DNA of 64,000 nucleotides from Candidatus Omnitrophota bacterium. GTDB taxonomy: Bacteria > Omnitrophota > Gorgyraeia > B26-G9 > JBDRCZ01. Location: assembly GCA_043821285.1 (NCBI GenBank), contig JBDRCZ010000073.1:3564-67563 (forward strand), in the 5' to 3' direction. Below the pieces are notes generated by a model that made no database searches, had not been told where the DNA came from, and saw nothing but the letters and a program-made list of their open reading frames with translations. The position numbers and the translations under genes are program-made. Below, one piece after another: positions 30,282 to 39,430 of the stretch (position 1 is the stretch's first letter; each line of letters opens with the position of its first letter).

Positions 30282-30878
30282 ATGTTTGAAAATAAAAAAA
30301 TGAAGATTTTAAAGAATGCTCTGCAAGCTTTATTAAGCTGTGATAAACAACTATATGGTAAACTTCGTCGTTGCAAGCCTGATATTTACGGTGACAATAG
30401 AGATATTGCTCTCGCTTTAGTGTTAGAAAGTAAGGGCATTTTGGATAGCTTTGATACTAAAATTTATTCATCTCCCCATGAGATGGACCAAGTTTTAGAA
30501 AAATTTGAAAAAGACCATGGTATTTTTGCCGAACTCAAAAGTATTATCGAAGATTTAGATGGTTCAGAGAACCTATATTATCAACTACAAAAAGTTGATG
30601 AAATAATTCTTTCTCTAATTCCGCAAGAAACCCAAGAAAAATATCCCAAACAACTATATTTTCTTCGCCTAAATATATTAGATGAATTTTTAAAATCTAT
30701 GCGCCAAGGCAAAATGGTAATTTTCGATCCTCAAAAGACTGACGAAGAAGAAAAAGTTCTTTGTCACTTTTGTCAACTTGTTGCAAACAAATTTTATAAA
30801 GATTGTGATAAATATGAACAACAACCAGTGGAATTTAGCATAAAAAAATTAGAAGAATATTTAAAAAATAATAAATAA
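30282..30878 (+). CDS. Cassette 2: hypothetical protein
   Basis: 198-aa ORF between attC1 and attC2. Confidence 0.8.
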   Translation: MFENKKMKILKNALQALLSCDKQLYGKLRRCKPDIYGDNRDIALALVLESKGILDSFDTKIYSSPHEMDQVLEKFEKDHGIFAELKSIIEDLDGSENLYYQLQKVDEIILSLIPQETQEKYPKQLYFLRLNILDEFLKSMRQGKMVIFDPQKTDEEEKVLCHFCQLVANKFYKDCDKYEQQPVEFSIKKLEEYLKNNK

Positions 30879-30880
30879 AC

Positions 30881-30959
30881 TCATAACAACGCACTGCACC
30901 TGACTGTTACCCGCCGCCTTTCGGCGTCGGCTACCAGCAGGTGAGTTTGGATGTTATGC
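30881..30959 (+). other. attC2
   Basis: TCATAAC...GTTATGC. Confidence 0.9.
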
Positions 30960-30975
30960 CTCACAGGAAGAATAA

Positions 30976-31479
30976 ATGAACGAAAAAATAACAGGAATCG
31001 CCTATATAGAAGCACAGATTCTACATCAAGCTAGCGCACAAGGTTTGTTGTCTCCAGCAGTACGTTCTATTGAAGCCGAATACGGATTGCAACACGGTTC
31101 TTTAGGAAGTGGAGTATTTCTGGAAACCAGAATTATCTCTCTACTGTACTCTCTTATTGTCGTACCAAAAGAGTTCTGGAAGCTTAGTAAGAACCATCCT
31201 GTATATACAAGGATTAAGGAATCTTGGTCACTTGAATCGGTTAACATCATCGTAGACAAGAGTCATTGGGAAGAACCAATTTATAGATTCATGCATCACC
31301 TGAGAAACGCTATAGCTCATGCGAATTTTGAATTTAAGAGCGGAGATTTTGAGTTCTGGGACCAATACAGGGACAAACCAGAAACATACAGAGCTAGGTT
31401 GTCCACGCAAGTCATACAGGGTTTTTTAGAAGTGGTAGGGTCACTGTTAGCAAATCTAAAGAATGAAATAAAGGCATAA
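30976..31479 (+). CDS. Cassette 3: HEPN-family protein
   Basis: LLYSLIVVPKE and an RxxxxH motif (LRNAIAHAN). Confidence 0.75.
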   Translation: MNEKITGIAYIEAQILHQASAQGLLSPAVRSIEAEYGLQHGSLGSGVFLETRIISLLYSLIVVPKEFWKLSKNHPVYTRIKESWSLESVNIIVDKSHWEEPIYRFMHHLRNAIAHANFEFKSGDFEFWDQYRDKPETYRARLSTQVIQGFLEVVGSLLANLKNEIKA

Positions 31480-31548
31480 CAACTTCATCCAGCGGATTTT
31501 GCTCCGCCGCTTTGCGGCTCCACAAAACCGCTGATGTCGGCGTTAGAA
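31474..31548 (+). other. attC3
   Basis: GCATAAC...GTTAGAA; the gene's TAA stop lies inside R''. Confidence 0.9.
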
Positions 31549-31561
31549 GAAATAAGAAAAA

Positions 31562-32086
31562 ATGATCTGGAAAGTTTTGGATGTATTATTCGTCATCGCG
31601 GCACTTGTTGCATATATAACTACTATTTATTTTTTGTTCTCTATTTACGAGAATCCCGGGCGACTACAGCATGATAATTCGCGAAAAGGATACTGGGGAT
31701 TTATTTGTACATTATTTGTCCTTATTTTCTTCTTTGCCGGAGGTATCCACACATTACTCTTTTTTGTACCAGATAAATGGGGATGGGTAAATGATGAAGG
31801 AGAATGGATATCAGTAAAATGGATTATTTCGTTAATAGTAGGGGGAATACTATATATCTTTGCCTTAACCCGTGTACCCAAGCTGTTTCTGCGGAGTAAG
31901 TTAATCGACGAAATTGAGTATGGATCCAACATAACTGAACTCGAAAAGTATGAAAAAAACCATACATTAGGAGAGTACGCTGAAACACATTGGACGATCG
32001 AACAAATTGAGAAGAAACGAAAAGAATATGCTAGTCTTGCATCATATTTGGAAGCGCGGAAAAAAGAAATAGAAAATTTTAAATAG
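31562..32086 (+). CDS. Cassette 4: three-TM membrane protein
   Basis: Three hydrophobic segments and a charged tail. Confidence 0.8.
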   Translation: MIWKVLDVLFVIAALVAYITTIYFLFSIYENPGRLQHDNSRKGYWGFICTLFVLIFFFAGGIHTLLFFVPDKWGWVNDEGEWISVKWIISLIVGGILYIFALTRVPKLFLRSKLIDEIEYGSNITELEKYEKNHTLGEYAETHWTIEQIEKKRKEYASLASYLEARKKEIENFK

Positions 32087-32095
32087 AATTAAAAA

Positions 32096-32170
32096 ATCCA
32101 ACAAGGCAATCCAGCTGACCTTATTCCGCGCCTCCGGCGCTCCATAAGGCAGCTGATTTTAATGTTAAAT
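32096..32170 (+). other. attC4
   Basis: ATCCAAC...GTTAAAT. Confidence 0.88.
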
Positions 32171-32210
32171 TTGAGAAAAAATAGTACTTTAATCTAAAAG
32201 AGGGTTGTAA

Positions 32211-32630
32211 ATGTTATTTAATCTGTTTAGTTGGGTTTTCTGTATAGGGTTGGCTATTCTTTACATGTTTATTTCTATAATGGCGAACAAATGGAGTATC
32301 CTACTATTCGTTGATATGAAGGAAGAAACACCATTATTATTTCAAAAAAAACCTTATGTTTACCTTGTTGCGAGAACTATTTTTTTCTTAGTTGCATTGA
32401 GTATTGGAATTTGTTTAAATTCTGCACCTTGGTATTCGATCTTATTTGCATTAATAATTATTCATATAGTTTCACGTGTTTATGGACGCAGTAGAGGATT
32501 TGATCACTATCGCTTTATATTTAGAGAAATGGCTGAATACGAGACAGATGCCCAAAAACGCAGTTTTTTTGAGGGACTTTCAAAAAAAACAAATCAGCAA
32601 ATACTGGAAATGTTTTGTCGGCATCGGTAG
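32211..32630 (+). CDS. Cassette 5: membrane protein
   Basis: Hydrophobic 139-aa ORF with a GAGG RBS. Confidence 0.78.
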   Translation: MLFNLFSWVFCIGLAILYMFISIMANKWSILLFVDMKEETPLLFQKKPYVYLVARTIFFLVALSIGICLNSAPWYSILFALIIIHIVSRVYGRSRGFDHYRFIFREMAEYETDAQKRSFFEGLSKKTNQQILEMFCRHR

Positions 32631-32733
32631 AACTAAAAAAAGGAGACAGACACATTTTTATTAAAAATAGCTCTTAATTTATAAAACTCTGCGGTACACT
32701 GCGTTCCCTGCGGTTAAAAAAATATAAAAAAGC

Positions 32734-32799
32734 ATTTAACAATCTAATCCAGCGGACCGTAAAACTGGCGTTTTCCGGCCGCTGATTTAAGCGTTAGGC
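32734..32799 (+). other. attC5
   Basis: ATTTAAC...GTTAGGC. Confidence 0.9.
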
Positions 32800-32808
32800 A
32801 TAAATAAA

Positions 32809-33408
32809 GTGAAAAAATCACATAAAAAGATATTCCAAGGAGCTTTAAAAAATCTTATCAAGGGGGAAAAAATAGTTAGGAAGAATATAAAAAAAGAATC
32901 GAGAGAAAAACAATTATTCTGGCTTTGCCTTAGAATATTCATTAGTCATTCCAAGGCTATAATTTTGTTATGCGAGAAGAAACATAATCTCGAAGCTTTG
33001 ATGGTTTTACGGCCACTTATTGAACTCACCGTGAATACGCGTTGGTCTCTGCAAAAGGAAGAGAATTTACAAAAATTCATGGAACACACTGAATACGAGT
33101 TCAAGGATGATCTCCCTAAAATGGGAGAGCCTTGGACGATCAACTTATGGGAGAAAATGAAAGCCATAGGATTTTCTAAACAGTATTATGATACTGTAGT
33201 GAAGAAGTTGCATGAAGTATTGCACTGTAATCCTACACTGATAGCTCGAACACATCACAAAAATATGACAGCCATGGATAGCGAAGCCATTTTCTCAGTC
33301 GCAGCACAGTTTTCTGGTCATTTACTAAAAGTTGCAAATACTCTTTATCCGAATGGTCCATTTATAAAACATAATGACATTTTACAGGAGATAAGATATA
33401 AAAAATAA
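32809..33408 (+). CDS. Cassette 6: DUF5677-like (HEPN-related) protein
   Basis: AIILL...EALMVLRPLIE...Y...LHEVLH pattern. Confidence 0.6.
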   Translation: MKKSHKKIFQGALKNLIKGEKIVRKNIKKESREKQLFWLCLRIFISHSKAIILLCEKKHNLEALMVLRPLIELTVNTRWSLQKEENLQKFMEHTEYEFKDDLPKMGEPWTINLWEKMKAIGFSKQYYDTVVKKLHEVLHCNPTLIARTHHKNMTAMDSEAIFSVAAQFSGHLLKVANTLYPNGPFIKHNDILQEIRYKK

Positions 33409-33416
33409 TAAAAAAC

Positions 33417-33484
33417 TTCTAACAAAGCACTACAGCGAATTCGTACCGCTGGTGCGCTACGAATCGCTGAGTTTTACGTTATGT
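33417..33484 (+). other. attC6
   Basis: TTCTAAC...GTTATGT. Confidence 0.9.
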
Positions 33485-33507
33485 ATAAATAAATTAAGGA
33501 ATAAATT

Positions 33508-33948
33508 ATGGATTGTAATGATTTTATAGTACCTATAATTACTGGTATTTTTGCATTGTCGGGTGCTTTTGTTGGCTGCTATTTAGAAAGAAAAACCAGA
33601 CATCAAATTCGGCTTTTAGAAAAAAGAAGTGAAGTGTTTTCTGAATTTTTAAAAATATTAAATAAATGTATTGAAGATGCATCTATTTATTTTAGAAAAG
33701 GGCCAGAAAAAGGTTCTGAAAGAGAGCAAAAACTTATTGATATTTATTCCCCAGCACTTGACTATATTAATGTAGTAAGACTATTCTTAAATGAATACCT
33801 CAGAAATACTTTTGAAGAATTAGTCAGAGGGATATATGCAATACATTCCTCAAAGGATATTGGGGATAAGAGATTGTTGACTATGATTCAAAAAAAGAAA
33901 GATCTTCAAAAACTTTTAGAGAAGCAAATGAGAAATCCAAAATGGTAA
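33508..33948 (+). CDS. Cassette 7: single N-terminal TM helical protein
   Basis: N-terminal hydrophobic helix and an AAGGA RBS. Confidence 0.78.
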   Translation: MDCNDFIVPIITGIFALSGAFVGCYLERKTRHQIRLLEKRSEVFSEFLKILNKCIEDASIYFRKGPEKGSEREQKLIDIYSPALDYINVVRLFLNEYLRNTFEELVRGIYAIHSSKDIGDKRLLTMIQKKKDLQKLLEKQMRNPKW

Positions 33949-33959
33949 TTAAATTGAAA

Positions 33960-34045
33960 ACATAACAAATCAATGCAGCGAATTTTTACCAGCCCCGCTA
34001 AAAAGCATCGGGTCTGGTAAAAATCGCTGATTTCTGATGTTATAG
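33960..34045 (+). other. attC7
   Basis: ACATAAC...GTTATAG. Confidence 0.9.
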
Positions 34046-34059
34046 GAAAAGGAGATAAA

Positions 34060-34593
34060 ATGGCAATTATTGACAATTTATTAAATATTACGCCTTTTAA
34101 TTGGATTGAGATTCTTAGCGCTTTGATTGCCGGCGGAATAATTGGTATAGAAAGACAGCTTTCAGGAAAACCTATTGGAATCAGAACAAGCATTCTTATT
34201 TGTATAAGCACGTATATATTCGCAACGTTCTGCAGTCTAAACCCTCAAGGAATTCCTAACCCAGCATATATAATTGGACAAATAATTACAGGAATAGGAT
34301 TTCTCGGAGCTGGCGTAATTCTTACACGAGATGGTATTGTTCTGGGAGTGACTTCAGCAGCTTGCATTTGGATACTAGCGGCAATAGGCATAACTATTGG
34401 ATTAAATTATCCGTATACAGGAGTTAAATTAGCATTATTGGCTGTTATTTTATTAACCGGTATCGATAAACTAGAGAAACATATCCCCTTTTTGCACAAA
34501 GGGCCTTATAAAAAACAAAATACAGATAAAAAAAACCTACAACAACGCACTGCACCTGACTGCTTTTCCGCTGCGCTCCAAAGCGGCAGGTGA
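34060..34593 (+). CDS. Cassette 8: MgtC/SapB family protein
   Basis: IGIERQ...GIRT, QIITGIGFLGAG and GVTSAACIW. Confidence 0.9.
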   Translation: MAIIDNLLNITPFNWIEILSALIAGGIIGIERQLSGKPIGIRTSILICISTYIFATFCSLNPQGIPNPAYIIGQIITGIGFLGAGVILTRDGIVLGVTSAACIWILAAIGITIGLNYPYTGVKLALLAVILLTGIDKLEKHIPFLHKGPYKKQNTDKKNLQQRTAPDCFSAALQSGR

Positions 34594-34608
34594 GCTCTAA
34601 CGTTAGAA
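34537..34608 (+). other. attC8
   Basis: CTACAAC...GTTAGAA; the left arm is nearly identical to that of attC2. Confidence 0.88.
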
Positions 34609-34632
34609 GTAAATAATAAAAATGGAGGTATC

Positions 34633-34989
34633 ATGAAAAGATTAAAAACGAGTATAATTTTATTTGCCGTATTATTGCTAATTCCCTTATCAAGCAAGCT
34701 TTTCTCACAATCAACAGGCATAAATCAATATTTCGAAAAGGATGCAGGATATGATATCTATTATGATGCTAACGATTCAGATCTCAATGTTTTGAAAAGG
34801 GTAAGAATCATTAACTTAATTGAGATTGGGGAGGCTAAATTTTTAGAAATTACAGGAACTGGTTTTAGTGGTAAAGAGAAAAAGGGATATATTCGTTTTA
34901 ATAGCATCAAGGCTATATTGCCAAATGGCTATTTTAATCCTGAGCAATCTTTCCCGGAAAATAATTCAAAAAGGACTTCTAACGAATAA
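34633..34989 (+). CDS. Cassette 9: secreted hypothetical protein
   Basis: Signal peptide MKRLKTSIILFAVLLLIPLSSKLFS and a GGAGG RBS. Confidence 0.8.
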   Translation: MKRLKTSIILFAVLLLIPLSSKLFSQSTGINQYFEKDAGYDIYYDANDSDLNVLKRVRIINLIEIGEAKFLEITGTGFSGKEKKGYIRFNSIKAILPNGYFNPEQSFPENNSKRTSNE

Positions 34990-35049
34990 AGCGTTTAATT
35001 CGATTGAGGGAACGGAGTGAGCGAACATCGATTTAAACGCTGGTTGAAC
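34977..35049 (+). other. attC9 (atypical spacing)
   Basis: TTCTAAC...GCGTTTAATTCGAT / ATCGATTTAAACGC...GTTGAAC. Confidence 0.65.
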
Positions 35050-35164
35050 AAGCCTGCTTCGCTGCCGATGATGAGTAATTGCGTATTAAATATTCAAGCA
35101 GATGGGGACGCTGATGAAAGTATGAAAGTTTGATAAGAGAAGCAAGTTTTTAAAAAATCCATTC

Positions 35165-35470
35165 TCCCGCAAAGACGCAAAGAAATACTTAATGGGCAGA
35201 AAGGGACATTGATGAGAGAATGAAAGTTTTGATGCAAAGAAGGGTATTGTTTTTTTATTAGAAAAAAACACCTTTTTTTACCACGAAATACCCGAAAAGC
35301 AAAGGGGACAAACTATATAGTTTGTCCCCTTCTTCTATTTTTTGCTTCGCAAAAAATAAAGGCAATCATGTGTAATTCCCCCCATTAGTCAAAGAATTTT
35401 TAAGTTAGCGATAAGCTCTTTGTTAACAAATTTAGTTTCATTTCTTTGCGCCCTTGGCGGCTTGGCGGGA
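35165..35470. repeat. Nested inverted-repeat stack
   Basis: Outer TCCCGCAAAGACGCAAAG / CTTTGCGCCCTTGGCGGCTTGGCGGGA, enclosing a perfect 30-bp palindrome at 35302-35331. Confidence 0.7.
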
Positions 35471-35506
35471 TAATTATTGTGTAATAAATTCCATTTTTTT
35501 AGCTAA

Positions 35507-36573
35507 CTGATAAAAATAACAGATAAAGACAATAACACCTACAATTACACTTATGATAATGCTGGCAGGCTGGAGCAGGAAAATAAAAAATCCCCAACAG
35601 GCAGTGATATTTACACCCGCAGCTATAGTTATGACCCAGCCGGCAACAGAATTATTGAAACCCGGGACGGGCAGAATATTACCTACAGCTATAATGCCGG
35701 CAATCAATTAATATTAAGAGCTTTATTGATGAATACAATTACGTATAATGCTAATGGGAATTTGCTGCAGGAGTCAGGCACAGTTACAGGGGTAAAAACA
35801 TACATTTATGACTATGAAAACCGGCTGACAAATGTAAGCCTGCCTGGCGGTATGTATGAAAGTTACACCTATTCTGGTAACGGCAGAAGAATTTCTGTAA
35901 ACACTAATGGCAATGTGGTAAAATATATCTATGATGGTGCATTGCCAATAATTGAGCGGGATGCAGCGGGCACGACCTTAACCGCATATACCAAAATACC
36001 CGGAGCACCCGGCGGTATTGGGGGATTGATTTCGGCACACGACTCAATACACAATACTATTATCATTGCAGCCATCTTGGCAATGTTAATCAAATAAGTG
36101 ACAACAGTGGAGCAGTGGTACAGACGTATGATTATGATGCATTTGGGAATGTAGTTTTAGAAAGTGGTTCTTTGACTAATGAATATAAATATAAGAGCAA
36201 GGAAACCTCCCCGAATACCGGCCTTGTATATTTTGGTGCAAGGTATTATAATTCGCTCACGGGTAGATTTATCAATCCTGACACACTTGGTATGGTAGAT
36301 GGGCCGAATATGTATTTGTATTGTGAGAATGATTCGGTGAATTACATTGATCCATGGGGATTGTTTATAGGGATTGGTATCGGGATAGATATTTTGCCAA
36401 ATACTGATTATTTAAAAGATATAGGGGATACTAATAAAATAGAAAAATGCAGTGTAAATGATGGCAAGTCCAAAGCAGAACATAAAAAAGGTAAGAGGGG
36501 AAGCTCAAAAGGAAAGCATCAAAAAGGACAAGCTAGAAAAAAGAAGGATAATCGTGGTGGAGAAAAAGGAGAT
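35507..36573 (+). pseudogene. RHS/YD-repeat toxin remnant with core DPWGL and Ntox34-like tip
   Basis: YD repeats from 35507 without a start codon; frameshift near 36050; GLVYFGARYY...YIDPWG; then EHKKGKRGSSKGKHQKGQARKKKDNRGGEKGD. Confidence 0.85.
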
Positions 36574-37149
36574 AAATATGCGCAATGTAACTTAGGATGG
36601 TGCTATAAAAATGGATTTGGTATAAGAAAAGATTACTCAAAAGCCTTGTACTGGACTAGAAAGTCCGCTGTTGACGGCAATGAAAAAGGACAATACAATT
36701 TAGGTTTAGATTATTATTATGGTGATGGTGTGAAATCCGATAAAAAAAAGGCTGTTTTTTGGTTTAAAAAGGCAGCTTTACAAAAACATAAGCTTGCACA
36801 GTATTATTTGGGTTTGGCATATGAAAATGGTGATGGAGTAAAAAGAGATATGTGTAAAGCTATTAAATAGTATAAAAGGTCTGCTGACCAGGGAGACGAA
36901 GATGCACAGAATATATTAGGTTTTTATTACCATGAAGGTAAATGGGTGAAGAAAAATTATGAAAAAGCAGTAGAATGGTATCGCCTTGCTTCAAAGCAGG
37001 GCAATGAAGTTGCGCAATATAATTTAGGATTATGTTATTTATATGGGGATGGGGTTAAAAAGAGTAAGAAATTAGCAATAAAGTGGTTAAGTTTAGCTAC
37101 AACAAATGGTCATAAAAAGGCATTTAATATTTTAAAAACAATAAAATAG
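36574..37149 (+). pseudogene. SEL1-repeat (immunity-like) protein, fused to the toxin and interrupted by TAG
   Basis: AQCNLG and AQYNLG repeats; the in-frame TAG at 36868-36870 is at the conserved Trp (AIK*YKRSADQGD). Confidence 0.85.
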
Positions 37150-37267
37150 GTAATCGTTCAGCTTTGAAAAGTAGTGATGGGTTATATTTATTTTTAAATA
37201 ATTTTTTAGTATAACAACGCAATTAAGAGATCATAAAAAACGTTATCGTAATTGATCGAGAAATAAT

Positions 37268-38380
37268 ATGAATATCTTGTATCTTAGTGCTACCGGGAAG
37301 ATTATTGGCGGGGGAGAAGTAAGTCTCTTTAATTTACTTAAAAATTTGGATCGAAATAGATTTAATCCCTATCTAATTGCTCCGGAAGAAGGCGATTTTA
37401 CAGAGAAAGTCAGTGCATTAAACATTCCGGTTATTTTTCTTTCTGTGAAAAAGGTAAAAAATCCATTTAATATTTTGCACTCAATAGAAAACATTAAACA
37501 TCTCTCACACATTATTAAAAAACATAAAATAAACCTTGTGCATGCAAATGTTAGTGCGGGGATTTCTCTTTTGTGTGCAATTGCTGCGCGGATTAGAAAG
37601 ATCCCGTTTGTCTGGCATGTCCGGGTGATTTATTCGGGGCATCTCTTGGATTTGATACTTAGTTTATTAGCAATAAAGATTATTCTAATATCGGAGGCAG
37701 TAAAGAAAAGGTTCCGGTGGTTTAAAAAACAGGATAAATTTATGGTTGTTTATAATGGGGTGGATTTACAAAAATTTAATCCGACAGTTGATAAAATGCA
37801 CTTTCGCCAGAAGATTGGCTGTGCGGAGGATGAGTTTTTGGTTGGTAGTGTTGGCCGTTACCACCCCTTCAAAAGCTATGAGTATTTTGTAAGAGCAGCA
37901 AGCATGGTTTTGAAAGAGTGGCCAAAGGCAAAATTTTTAATCGTTGGTCTTAACTGTAGTCAGGATAATAAATATTTACAGTACTTACGGAATTTGGCAG
38001 GACAATTAGAGATAGAAGATAGAGTCATATTTATGGAGGAGCAACATAATATCCCAGATGTGTTTGCGGCATTGGATGTATTTGTCCTAACCAGTTTAGA
38101 AGAACCGTTTGGCCGGGTGTTAATTGAAGCCATGGCCTCAGGGAAACCCGTGGTTGCGTTTAAAGGTGGTGCCGTATCAGAGATTATTGAAAATGAAAAA
38201 ACCGGATTTGTTGTGAGCGCGAAAGATACGGCGGCAATGGCGGAAAAGATAATTTATCTTTTGCAAAATAAAGATATAGCGAAAACGTTTGGTCACCGAG
38301 GGAGAATACGCGCGGAGGAATTATTCAGCATTAAAACACATACAGTAAAAATCGAAGAGATATATCAGGGGATAAGGTAG
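37268..38380 (+). CDS. Glycosyltransferase family 4
   Basis: GGGEVS and EPFGRVLIEAMASGKPVV. Confidence 0.92.
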   Translation: MNILYLSATGKIIGGGEVSLFNLLKNLDRNRFNPYLIAPEEGDFTEKVSALNIPVIFLSVKKVKNPFNILHSIENIKHLSHIIKKHKINLVHANVSAGISLLCAIAARIRKIPFVWHVRVIYSGHLLDLILSLLAIKIILISEAVKKRFRWFKKQDKFMVVYNGVDLQKFNPTVDKMHFRQKIGCAEDEFLVGSVGRYHPFKSYEYFVRAASMVLKEWPKAKFLIVGLNCSQDNKYLQYLRNLAGQLEIEDRVIFMEEQHNIPDVFAALDVFVLTSLEEPFGRVLIEAMASGKPVVAFKGGAVSEIIENEKTGFVVSAKDTAAMAEKIIYLLQNKDIAKTFGHRGRIRAEELFSIKTHTVKIEEIYQGIR

Positions 38381-38543
38381 TATCAGAAAAACAACCACAG
38401 ATTGTGCAAATAGTTTGTTGATAAAAATAACTGAAAGATCCGCCAGCGCTTTGTGGCGGAATTGGCGTTTGCCAAACAGACTGACGGACAGGGATTAAAT
38501 TCCCGGACATGTCTTTTGGCGGGTCATTTAAAAAGATTAAACG

Positions 38544-39356
38544 ATGAAAATTATATGTAATTTATGCGGGCAGGATAAATATAAGGTTTTAGAAATTATT
38601 GCCGCATATGAGGTCGTAAGGTGTGAAGACTGCGGCTTAATCTATATTAATCCCTTTCCGGAAACTAAAAAACTTTTTAGTCATTATAATCAGGAGTATT
38701 ATCAACCGTGGTTAGAGCAACAAAGTCTACGGCAGAAGATGTGGCAGCAAAGAGTAAAAAAGATTCAAGCCTTGAAATCCACGGGAAAATTATTAGATGT
38801 TGGATGTGGTACAGGTATATTCTTAAACACCGCAAAAAGCCAAGGCTGGGATGTGTACGGGACCGAGGTCTCGGAATATGCCGCACAGCGGATAAAAAAT
38901 ACTTTTGGCATAGAAGTGTTTGTCGGTAAGCTTGAAGATGCCCGTTTCCCGGAGAATTTTTTTGATGTCATTACCTTTTGGCATGTGTTGGAGCATACCA
39001 CGGATCCTTTGGGGAACTTAATTGCGGCGCGAAAACTGCTTAGCCCAGGGGGAATGCTGGTTGTTGTGGTCCCGAACATTAACAATTATATCTATAAAAT
39101 TGCCTATAGGATGATTAAGTTTAAAAGACCAGCGCTTTTTTCCTTGGCAAATCGTGAAATCCATCTCTACTTTTTTTCTGTGGATACGCTCAAAAAAATG
39201 ATGGAAAAAGCAGGACTTGTTCCGGTAAAGTTTGATTTAGACAAAGAAAGGATTTTTGTTGGTGAGCGGATTATTGATAATTTTGCCTGGGCGCTCTTTA
39301 AACTGACCGGACTTAATTTGGGACTGGCATTTGAGGTATATGCTAAGAAAAGATAG
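38544..39356 (+). CDS. Class I SAM methyltransferase with N-terminal Zn finger
   Basis: CNLC...CEDC, LLDVGCGTG and WHVLEH. Confidence 0.88.
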   Translation: MKIICNLCGQDKYKVLEIIAAYEVVRCEDCGLIYINPFPETKKLFSHYNQEYYQPWLEQQSLRQKMWQQRVKKIQALKSTGKLLDVGCGTGIFLNTAKSQGWDVYGTEVSEYAAQRIKNTFGIEVFVGKLEDARFPENFFDVITFWHVLEHTTDPLGNLIAARKLLSPGGMLVVVVPNINNYIYKIAYRMIKFKRPALFSLANREIHLYFFSVDTLKKMMEKAGLVPVKFDLDKERIFVGERIIDNFAWALFKLTGLNLGLAFEVYAKKR

Positions 39357-39430
39357 TTATGCGTATTGAGGATAAAACAGAAAGTAAAGTGGTTGAAGTT
39401 GAAAAAACGCAATACATAATACAAAATTGC

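Larger units (their letters stand above)
28115..35049. mobile_element. Complete integron: intI, attI and a 9-cassette array
   Basis: Divergent intI followed by nine co-oriented ORFs, each followed by an attC (RYYYAAC...GTTRRRY imperfect palindrome). Confidence 0.95.

Noticed and set aside
31542-33423. Cassettes 4-6 as one composite cassette, because GTTAGAA matches the attC6 R'' TTCTAAC
   Set aside because: The same 7-mer also bounds cassette 9, and R'/R'' mismatches of this size are common, so the evidence is insufficient.
30202-35049. Regularly spaced palindromes as CRISPR repeats or terminators
   Set aside because: They are separated by whole genes and have AAC...GTT ends next to intI, so they are attC sites.
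35474-35707. Hydrophobic 77-aa minus-strand ORF
   Set aside because: It is antisense to the RHS YD-repeat frame on the plus strand.
36868-36870. In-frame TAG as pyrrolysine or stop recoding
   Set aside because: It falls at a conserved Trp (TGG to TAG) in an already decayed locus; there are no pyl genes and TAG is used as a normal stop elsewhere.
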